A stretch of DNA of 64,000 nucleotides from Guillardia theta CCMP2712. Taxonomy: Eukaryota > Protista > Cryptophyta. Positions 25,991 to 36,300 of this stretch are shown one piece after another. How positions within the stretch are numbered: the stretch's first letter is position 1; each line of letters opens with the position of its first letter. The stretch lies in contig NW_005434652.1 of the NCBI RefSeq assembly GCF_000315625.1, positions 758,091-822,090 on the forward strand, read 5' to 3'. The notes beneath the pieces were generated by a model. It was not told the DNA's origin. It did not search any database and saw only the letters and a list, made by a program, of their open reading frames with translations. A program made the translations under genes and the position numbers.

Positions 25991-27359
25991 GACCTAGGGG
26001 GGAGCACCCCTCCACCCCTGAGGGGTAAATGCTGGACCGGTTGTCTGTGATTATAGTCACCGTACCGGTCAAAGAAGGAAACAGGGATAGAGACAGTGAG
26101 GGTAGTCGAATTGCAGGATACTCTCTTGGTTGCGTGTACTCCAAGGTCACCAGTGCCCATGAGATCAGATCTCCACGAAGGTCTAGAACGAGCGCCACCA
26201 CGGTAGGGTGGGTGGTTTTGTGTAGGACCCTAGGGGTGATCCCGACACACTCAAAGGCTTTGTTGGAATGTGGAGGGGTGGTAGTCGTTGAAAGAGCAAA
26301 AAATATATGGGTGGTTTAGGGTCATGGGAAGGTGGAGCAAGGGGTTGGTTCATGGGGGATCAGATCTTCTATGTCCCTTTCCTTGTGAAAATAATGAGAG
26401 GTGAGGGCGGGAAGTATGGAGGGTCTTAAAACGGGTTGAACTCCCCCGTGGTGGGTGCTCGAATCTGTTTGTGTGAGTGGGTGGGGTAGTTTATCAAGCT
26501 TTCAGGACCCTGAATAAAAATACACTAATAGCGTGACGTGTGCCTGAAGTTCACTCACAAGATAGGGGGTGGGGTCAAAGTTCCACGGACATTCACAGAC
26601 CATCCGACTTCTGTGCCAGCCTGGCCAGGTGTCACAGGGAGAGGGTGGGGTGGTAGCCCTGCGCAACCAAGGATGCTTCCACCAGGGCACTGGCATTCTA
26701 GTCACGTGATCAAACAGCCGCGTGACACACACCCGGCGAGGGACGTGACACTGTTTGGCAAAGTTCTGCCCTTCCGGGCCCGCCGGGGGATACCGGACCT
26801 CGCTCGGAGCAAACTGCAAGCAGCACTGCAGCACAGCGGAAGATCCGAGGCCGGGCACCGTAATGCATATGCTCACGAGTCAGCATGTCCCGTCAGACCC
26901 GGGCCTTTCTTCCCATCATCCGGCGCCAGCACTGATGGCCTCTTACAGGATGATGCGTTGCGCTTTCTGTGGTGGCGTTGGCGGATCGCTCGGCGAACAA
27001 GGAAACGGCAGCGCTGGATGATGGTCTCACGGCCTCGCAAGACGTCTCACAGTGAGGTGATCCGACTTGCCAAGTTGTAAACGCATCCGGTCCAGGATCT
27101 TTCCGAAGTTCGCCGTGTCAGCTCCGAAGCCTCCCTGTCCTTCCGAGCGGTGCTATCATCGCAGGTGCGTTGAACGGTTCCCGGAGTCCGGTACTGACTC
27201 TGTGATGATGCGTCACCCGAGTCTCATTCCTTCGGTCCTGCGCGCAGTTAAGTGAAGGTATCACGGTTAATCGCTGTCTTTTCTCTTCTCGCCGTTTGGC
27301 CTGTCGCACGACACTGACAGTGTCAGGGTGCAAGCCTGCGGCCCCCTCTGGAATTGGTG

Positions 27360-29454
27360 CATTCCATGGCATTTACTAATGCCCAATTATAAATTAATAT
27401 CCTTTTAACAAACACTTGTACCTGTTAATTTGATCATAAGCATACAGTTTTTAGTCAATTTTGTACCAGAATGATTTGTACCACTCAGTACTCTTTTATA
27501 TTTGTTTTAAGCATTTGAGTTCCGGCTTACACGCCTCTTGGCTGCTCTCTACCCTGTGTACCGGTATGTTTGTCTGATATGGAGGGGGTAGGGCTATTCG
27601 TATATTTCGATACACGCTCATGAAATCTTATTAGTGTCAGCCATTGACGAGTGTAGTAAATCTAGCCAATAAGTATTTTTGTTTTCAAATCAAGGAGTCG
27701 TATGCCAGCTAGCAACGGCAATCTTTTTTTTCTACACCGGTTGTTTTATATAGATACCTACCCCATGTCTATAGGGTGCCACCGAAACACAGGTCCCCTT
27801 GCCCCCGATCAAAGAGCAAATAAAAATTCATTAAAAATCCTGAGATCTCCATTGCAAGTATCCCTCCCCTCCTCCTTCCTGCTCTTCTCCCTCCCTCCCT
27901 CCCCCCTGCTCCCCTCCCTTCCTCCCTGCTCCCTCCCTCCCCCCTGCTCCCCTCCCTCCCCGTTGCTTCCGTTTCCCTTGCGCTCCAGTTATAGACACCA
28001 AACAAATGAATCTTCACCGTCGTGTATCAGCAACAAATGGAATTCAGAGAAGGCGAAGGCAGGAAGATTGCGATACATTCTTGGAGCAGGAAGAGACTTG
28101 TGATGAGTCAAAGACACCTGAAGATTTGAAGCTTCGAATGATCCTGCATACGTCAGTTGATGATCGAGACTTGCGCAGGATGTACTGGAAAAAGCCAGGC
28201 AGTAATTTGAATATTATGCTTGAGCCTGGCACAGGGGTTCAATATCAGTGTGAAGATCACAGGGGCGTTGAAGTGAATCGACTGGGGATGATCAAATCGC
28301 TGCACTCAGATGCACAGGTTGTCGAAGTGTACATCATGTACAATGGAGTCCTCTTGGAACATGTAGACGAAACCATTATAACTAATCGAGTGCCCTGTGT
28401 GGCCCTGAAAAGAATTTTGAACAAAGTTGGAAACCGTGATTGTTATCAATCAATTTACAAGGATACGGATGAAATAAATGTCTCCATGCTTCTCTTCCCC
28501 ACAACTGATAAAAACATTACATTCGCAGGAATGATATTCAATGGAGACTCTACCTTATGTCTTAGCTCGCTGGTTCCGATACTGAGAAGTCCTGAGGGAA
28601 GTTCATTCACATCCGGCATTCATGGCGTTGAATAGTTCATCGATCTTACACTTGCGATCTATTTGCAATCAAGTTGCCTACACGACTGACATGCCTTATG
28701 CTTATGTGCTTGGTTGACACAGAGAGGAGGAAGTATGGGTCTTGTAGAATGCCAATCAAAACAACAATCAATTGCCTAATCAGAGAGATCCTTTACGAGA
28801 AACAATCTTGACACCAAACAACTCTACAGTCAGAGATGTGCTCGAAGCTCAATCATACGAAAGAGGGTTGTGGATGCTTGATCACCAAAAACGAGCAATT
28901 CTCCATCTTGCAATGAGCATCAAATGGATTCGAAAACAGCCCTAGGCTCTGGAATCCATGGCGATGCTGATTCCTACAGCTTCCTTTGAAAAACAAGCTC
29001 GAGCTGTTTGAAACGTCGTCTTGCAGTATGCCGCAAAAAGTACAAACATTCACACATGATCCAACCTTGGATGGCCTGGAGCTTGAATACGATGAAAGAG
29101 CCATTGGCTGAGAGCCATCTGGGATTCAAACAAACGCCGCCTGCGCCGGCGGGTGCGGATGCAGCAATGGGGGAAGGGGGAGGGCAGGCAATTTGGTTGT
29201 ATATGCACCCCCCAGGCGTGTAAAAGCGTGTAAGGTCAAAAATAGTTTTAATGTTTGAAACCTTGTTGTTTGGAGGAAGCAAGAATACTTGTAAACCTAA
29301 AACTGCTCGACACGGTCCCCGATTCAAACATACTTTCAACCATTATCGAAGTTTCTGGTACAAATTTTCAGTGCGCCGACCATTCAAAAATCCTGGGCTG
29401 AAGTACCCCGCTCGAAAATGATCAAAAGCGAGCATTAGAAAATGCCATGGAATG
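27360..29454. mobile_element. TIR-bounded DNA element (~2.1 kb), apparently non-autonomous
   Basis: Left CATTCCATGGCATTTACTAATGC (27360-27382) and right GCATTAGAAAATGCCATGGAATG (29432-29454) are inverted with 22/23 identity. Subterminal inverted 12-mer TTTGTACCAGAA (27460-27471) / TTCTGGTACAAA (29353-29364). AT-rich ends interrupt a GC-rich intergenic block. Confidence 0.8.
28006..29110 (+). pseudogene. Intronless cargo ORF in the TIR element (209 aa open, 28006-28635; BAH-like), followed by disrupted coding-like sequence
   Basis: LEPGTGVQYQCED..RLGMIKSL..VVEVY..LEHVDETII..CYQSIYKDTDEINVSML resembles the BAH-domain pattern. After 28635 all frames are broken by stops. Confidence 0.45.
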
Positions 29455-30027
29455 ACTCAGTGACCCGGTCAACCACGGTTGCGTTGATCCATCCGACTCA
29501 CCGTGGCACCCGGTCGCACTGTGTCCGATCGGGCCCCTGGGCCCGGCCGGCGGCCGCGGCCGGGCCGGGCCTCGACTGCCGCACTGAGTGCTGTCTCCCG
29601 CCGCCGGGCTCACCGAGTCGGACGCGAGGGCCCGGCCGGCCCGGGGCGGCCCGCCGCCGGGCGGCCCGGCCGAGAGACCGTATCGGAGCCCGGCCCGCCC
29701 GGCAACTTTTGGTGACCGGGGTGTAGTAGCTCGGCCCTGATTGCTGCCCTGCAGGCACGTGGATCTCTCGTACGTCTCCTCTTGCTTTCATGCTTTCATG
29801 CATCCGTCCCTGCCGCCGTTCCGCTCCGCCGCTTCCTCCTCATCCGCCCATCCATCCGCACGCTCATGCACTTCTACTCCCGCCCGTCTCCTTCTTGTCT
29901 GTTTTGTCTGCTCGATCCCGCTCGCGCGATGTTATGAACTTCGCTGCTGCGCATCAGGTTTCTGATGCTGAACGTTTTTTTCAGGTGGATGCGACACGAT
30001 TCCAGGGAGGTTCACCGATAGTTCATC

Positions 30028-32435
30028 ATGCAAAGATCGATGAACTTATGGAAATGTCCGTTCCTTCCGTCGCTGAAGAGAATGACAGGTGGATGCTCGC
30101 AGACCAGAGTAAGAGTCGATGCATCCCTGTCCATTCACAGGCAATCGCGATCCAGCTTTTTTCAGACTGATCTTCGCGCTCCGAGGACTCAGCTCTTCAG
30201 GAGCTTCTCCTCTGAAGCGAAAGTTAATGATAACCTTCGAAACATTGCAGTCATTGCGCACGTTGATCATGGAAAAACTACTCTCGTTGACAAGCTGATT
30301 CAGCAATGTGGTGGTAAGACAGAGAATGAGAGGTGCATGGATTCACTCGATCTGGAGAAGGAGCGCGGCATCACCATCATGGCCAAATGCACGAGCATGA
30401 TGTGGAAGGATAAGAAGCTGAACTTAGTCGACACTCCCGGCCACGCAGACTTTGGAGGAGAAGTGGAGCGAGTGATGTCGATGATTGATGGAGTGCTCCT
30501 CCTGGTTGATGCTGCTGAGGGCCCAATGGCACAAACCAAATTCGTGCTCGGAAAATCTCTTGCACGTGGATTGCGGCCAATCGTCGTAATCAATAAAGTC
30601 GACAAGGATAGCAGCAGGGTCAGGGAAGTAGAAAATGAAGTTTTTGATTTGTTCAGCTCGTTGGACGCAAGTGAGGACCAGCTGGACTTTCCGATCGTCT
30701 ATGCTTCTGGAAGAAGTGGCTGGGCAGATCTTGTACAAGATGGTCCAAGGCAAGATATGTCTGCTCTCCTAGATTTGATAGTCAGTCACGTTCCTCCACC
30801 GAAAGGGGATGTGACAGCTGCATTTTCCATGAGCGTGACCATGTTAAGCTCTGATACCTTTCTTGGAAGACTTCTGATTGGCCGGATACATTCAGGAGTC
30901 GCGAAAGTGAATGATCCTATCCATGCTTTGAACATGGCGGGTCAGAAGATCGAGCAAGGAAGAATCACAAAAATCTTGTACAGGGAGGGAGAACAAGGAA
31001 TTTTGCCCCTTGAAAGTGCGAGTGCTGGAGACATCATTCAGCTAGCAGGCTTGTCAAAGGCGTCAATCAGCGACACAATCTGCTCTGTAGAAGTAGAGAA
31101 GCCTCTGGAAACAATTGCCATCGATCCTCCAACTGTTTGCATGACCTTCAGTCCGAATGATTCTCCATTGGCCGGAAAAGATGGCAACAAATTGACTTCT
31201 CAACTTATCCTTGAGAGATTGCAAAAAGAAGCGGAAAACAATGTCAGTATTCAGGTTGGAACTCTGGTCCCCGGATGTGCACGAATGGTGTAACTGTTCT
31301 TGTTATTCGTAGGTCAAACGAAAGGAAGGTGCGGGGGAAAGTTTTGAAGTTTACGGAAGAGGAGAACTGCAGTTGGGAATTTTGTTGGAAAACATGAGAC
31401 GGGAGGGTTTTGAGTTGTCTGTTTCTCCTCCTCAGGTTATTTGTGTTACAAATGCCTCTTCTATTTCATACACTCATTCTTATGCAAAGGTTGTCTTCAA
31501 AGAAGAGAATGGCGTGAAATTGGAGCCAATTGAAGAAGTTGTCATTGAAGTTGATGATGAATTTGTTGGAAGTGTCGTCAACAAATTGACAGCCCGCAAA
31601 GGCGTGGTTTGTGGTATGCGATATTATATGCTCGTAAGTGGCATAACGTTATCCTCCCCAGAGATGAAAGAGAGCAATGAGAAGGGCCGGACTCGAATTC
31701 GAATGAATGTTCCTACCCGTGGCTTGCTGGGATACAGATCGATCTTTTTCACCGACACTAGGTCGGTTGTCCCTTGCCCCTTGATGGCTCTGAGCACTTT
31801 TCACAGAGGTACTGGGATTTTGACAAGAATTTATCTGGAGCATCAAAAATACCTCGGCAATATCGACAACATGAGGAAGGGCGTGCTCGTTTCCATGGCT
31901 ACAGGTGATTTGATATTAGGAATCTTCTCTGTTCTGAACTAGACCAGGCAAGACAACAGAGTATTCGCTCAAGGATTTAGAAGCTCGCGGAACATTGATT
32001 GTTGGTCCGCGTGTCGAAGTATATTGTGGAATGATATTTGGAGAACACTCGAAGGTCATTAGCTGCCTCGTTGTCCTCCATGTTCTGACAGCAGCTCCGA
32101 TGCCCCACAGGAAACTGATTTGGATGCAAATCCCACCAAGACCAAACACGTCTGTCGCATATTGAGATATTTGCTTCGCCAATGACATGGTGCAGGTGTC
32201 AAATGTGCGAACAACTGATGGCAAAGATGATCTCGTTCAGCTCAAAGCGCCTCGTAAATTCAACCTTGAGGAGTGTCTTTCGTATATCATGGAGGTGAGA
32301 TTTTTTCACCTGAAGGCCTAAGTACTCATCCCAACTCAGGACGAGGTGCTCGAAGTGACACCGAATGCCCTCCGGATGCGCAAGAAAGAGCTTGACCCAG
32401 GCAAACGGCAGAGGGCGTCAAAGAACAAGAAATGA
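30028..32435 (+). CDS. typA: Translational GTPase TypA/BipA, probably mitochondrial; multi-exon
   Basis: LRNIAVIAHVDHGKTTLVD, DSLDLEKERGITI, DTPGHADFGGEVER, NKVD, NDSPLAGKDG, GRGELQLGILLENMRREGFEL, PTRGLLGY, EVTPNALRMRK. N-terminal Arg/Ser leader ends LFRSFSS. True start may lie upstream (~29790). Confidence 0.95.
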
Positions 32436-32616
32436 GGGGATGCACGCTCATTAGTAGTCACACTTGTTGTTCTTGCGAATACATTTTGGCTGGGATCTTT
32501 TTTCAAGATTTACTTTTGGGAAAGTTTTCTATAAATGCAAGTTAAAGAAAGTATTCTGTAAGACTTGGGATCTGGCAGCAGACGTACTTGGTAGATATTG
32601 TTTTGGTTTCTCTCTT

Positions 32617-32886
32617 TCAATGTTTATGTTTCTTCTCTGGACTGGTCCTGGAAGCAGGGAGATCATTGCTGACTGATCGCTTCATGTTTCGAGCATCTCT
32701 ATCTTTGAGCGCTGCACGAAATCGTAGAAGCAAAAAGTTTGTTTTGTCCGTCGTGATAATCTGGTCTGTGGGGGGGGACGTATCATGAGTTGCATAATAC
32801 GCCTGAGGGTTCTTGGTTCGATGCTTGCCTCTGTGCATCTTAGAAAACATTCCATTCGATGGAAGATCATCCAGAAGAGATCCCAT
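32617..32886 (-). CDS. DDA1: DET1- and DDB1-associated protein 1
   Basis: MGSLLDDLPS..FSK..PQAYYATHDTSPPTDQIITTDKTNFLL matches the recalled DDA1 pattern (L.DLPS..FS..P..Y.PT..PP.DQ.ITT...NIL); 89 aa with basic tail. Confidence 0.85.
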   Translation of the reverse strand: MGSLLDDLPSNGMFSKMHRGKHRTKNPQAYYATHDTSPPTDQIITTDKTNFLLLRFRAALKDRDARNMKRSVSNDLPASRTSPEKKHKH

Positions 32887-33339
32887 GTCAGAGCACTTGT
32901 CCAATCTGACGTCCCAGCTCGGTTTCTATTCCAGTTGACAGTTGCAGCTCCTCGTTCCTCTAGCTTCCCCTTCAGTCAACCTCTTATCCTCTTACTTTCG
33001 CTTCTCCTGTCTGCTTCCTCCTCCTCTCCTACCTCTCTCCTTCAGCTCCTCTCCTTCACTCCTCGACTTTCTCCTGCCTTCTCCCCGTTCTCGACTCTTC
33101 TCACTTGTGTCGAGGTTGCTTCTCTTTACCACGGTACCCCTACCCACTCCTTCTCACCAACATCCTCACCAATTATGACCCCTACCCCCCCAATTACATG
33201 TCTCGTCCGATCATCACTCTCCCTCCCAGAGTTCCACTACCACCCCCTACCCCTTAGAAAGTGACGAGCACAAACCGTTGAATAACCGTTAAAAATTCTG
33301 GAAACGTAAGCAGGGGGATGAGGGTTTAGGAGGGGCGAA

Positions 33340-36300
33340 ATGGCGGGCGAATGGCAGGCAGGGATGATGGCTGGCTACCAAGGCGGAGCCGGAGGAAGGA
33401 GAGGAGAGAAGACGAAAAAGGTGAAAGTGATCGCTTCAGTGAAGAGTTTGCAACAAGCAGACCAGGATGATCTTATTCTTGTTGAATGGAATGGCAAGCG
33501 GAAGCAGGTAAAATCAAGCCTCTTGTTCCGAATCGAAGAAAACGAGTCAGTCTTGAATGAGACAGCTGAGGCTCGCTGGAGAAGCAGCAGTTTTGAATCG
33601 CATTGGCTTGCTGAAATTATTGAGAGATCATCTGAGAGACTAAGCCCCTTGCTCAAAGGTAAGATCAATTCCGCTGGGCATGCCTGTGACTCTCTATTTG
33701 AATCAGAGTCGCATGGGAAATTGCACTCCATTTCCGATGGATCGCTGTCATCGCATTCGCGCAGAATGAACGTTGGATCAAGATTGCCCTTGTTTCAACA
33801 AGACATGAAGAGAGTGAGAAAGAAAAAGTTGCAGGATCAACATTCGACCAACATCACAATTGTGAAGAGAAGGCAGAATGATCTGCCGAGAGCTTCCGTA
33901 ACATCAATTGAGAAATCCCCCAGTCAAGTGGTTGCTCAAAACCTCGACATGGCATTGGAGTCTTGTTTCAGCCCTGAACCTGATACTGTCAAGGTCTCAA
34001 AATCCAGACCATCAGGTGTCTTGGTCAACAAAATTGAAACGAAAGAAAAATACCTGAATTCTCTCGATGCATCCACGGAGAACGTTAGCATGAACAAACT
34101 GAGCTCTAAATCTATTGTCATCAAAGATGGGCATCCCGATAGTAGCAAGGTTTTGAATCGGGGTAGCTCCAAAGGTCCGCGAATTCATCATGATACGAAC
34201 AACGCAAGTGACACAACTTCAACAACTGTAAACTGTAAGGAACCTTCCAAAAAAGACAAAGAATGCTCAAAGCTTGTGCAAAAAATTGTTGAAAATCAAA
34301 CGAAAGAAAAAGTAGATCTCCGTGGTCGATTCTTCGATATCAATCAGCTACGGAATGTCTTTGAAGCTCTTGTTTCGAATCAGTCTTGCACAAGCCTTGA
34401 TCTGAGATGTTGCATGATACGAAATACTGGCTGTAAGGAATTGTGCAGACGTCTGTTACAGCATGGATGCAATTTGCGATGGATAGATTTGGCTGAAAAT
34501 GATCTTACAGAGGTTTGTATCCCAGATCTTCTGGAATCACTGAGAAATTCGCCTTTGATCTGGTACATTGATCTTCGTTCGAATGCAATCTCCCACAATG
34601 CTTTGAAAGACATTGAACGATTTCTGACGGCATTCCCCCGAAACCTTGAGGGTAAGAGAAGAAAGATAGAATTGGATTCAATCGTACTGGAAGGAGGCCA
34701 GGCCGAAGATTTATCGATGGATGACGAATCAGATGATTCTCTCCATAGTGTGGACATGGAGGCGAGATCTTCATGTGCAGATGACTTTGACGAAGAGTTT
34801 CATGAAAAAGATCTGGAAGAAGAGAGTCATGATATGTGTCACTCTGGCATGGTCAGTGATGGTCGCGCTGATGATGAAATTGAACCGGAAATCCCTGCTT
34901 TCTTTCAACCCCGCAATTCGCTGAAAGAGAATTTCAATGTGGTCGATAAAGTCCATCAGCAAAAAAATTATCTGCAACCCCCTCAATTTAAGAAGAGCTC
35001 TTTGTCCATTGGAAAGGGCCAAAGAAACCTGAAGCTTAAAAAAAGCCGTCTTCCAAATCAATCTCGAAATGCCCACAAGGATGTTACCAAGAACTCATCG
35101 GAATCAAATGAGACTGATGTCTGGTTGTCACTTTGGGATAAAAAATGTGCAAAAATGGCTAAAAAGTCAAAGAAAAGAATTAGCACCTCATCTAGATCAA
35201 CAGGCTCAAACAATTCTTTTCCGGCCGCTTATGGCGTCGGATCTTTGATCCCACCTTCAAAGATTAGACAACCCACTGCTAGAGGGCAACCGCTTCACGA
35301 TGACCAAAGCCAAATGTCTATGAAGGATGATTTGAGTCAGCCTTCTACAACTGATGATCGCCAGTCATTTCAGGTTCAGATTCAAGAAAGCTCAAACAAC
35401 TCAAGAACACCTCACAGGTTGGATCTTTGTGGAATTGTGTTGCTTCACTTTAACTAACAAAATTCTCAGCAATGTCGATCAGCCCTTGAAGTGCCGTATA
35501 CAGACATCTTTTCCACGGAAACTTCCATTTGAATCCTTGAAAGTGATGTTTGATTGTGCAAAGGTTGGCAAAAAACTGCTCAATCCTATTTGGATTTCTG
35601 TCTCGAGATTGAATTCAAATTCACAAACTTCAGCCCCTGAATTGCTTGATGAAGGGAAAATTAGGGCAGGATTCAGGAAATGCGAGGAAATCTTTGGAAA
35701 TTTGCGCAGGGAGAAACCTGTGTCAGATGACAGGGTTTCACCCGAATCAATTTCCGATTGTCATTTATTCTTTCAGAACGTCACACACACATTGCAAAGC
35801 TTTGCATCACGAAATATTTGTAACCTCGCACGAGCTGGTTTGAAAAGAGAAATTCTAAGAGGGATTGATCACCTTTTCACAGATAATGGCAATGTCTACG
35901 ATGCTTTGAATAATGGGACTTTGTTTGAATGGTGTAAAATCTACTGCATATTTTTCAATTTTTGTTTGCGATGGCTTAAGGAAATTGATTCCTGGGAGGT
36001 GCTGGTAAGCGAAAATATATCAGGGATGGAAGACTTTGGGTTTTTGCTAAACCGGTACAGCTTTTCCAAACTTGTAGAACGACTGTTGAGAACATTTTTG
36101 TACGTACTTGCTGAACCATCTCTTGGCCGCAGATTTGAAAACATGATCGGTGCAAGATTAAAGCATGGACCACATGAATTGCTAACAGGGCAATATGCAA
36201 GCATAGAATGCATTTTGCAGTTGTGGTCAGAAGTAATTCTTTTCCTGGACGAAGAACCTTGTGGATATTGGAGGAAATTGCAAGAAATCGTCAATGATCA

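Noticed and set aside
27032-27044. 13-mer GCCTCGCAAGACG shared with ~51959
   Set aside because: Several 13-mer matches are expected by chance in 64 kb; flanks do not align.
26538-27080. 180-aa ORF upstream of ADH
   Set aside because: Non-ATG start, low-complexity composition, no recognisable motifs.
33320-33331. Telomere-like GGGTTTAGG (also 26313-26321, and AAACCCTA at 10738)
   Set aside because: Single units inside G-rich blocks; not enough to call telo-boxes or interstitial telomere.
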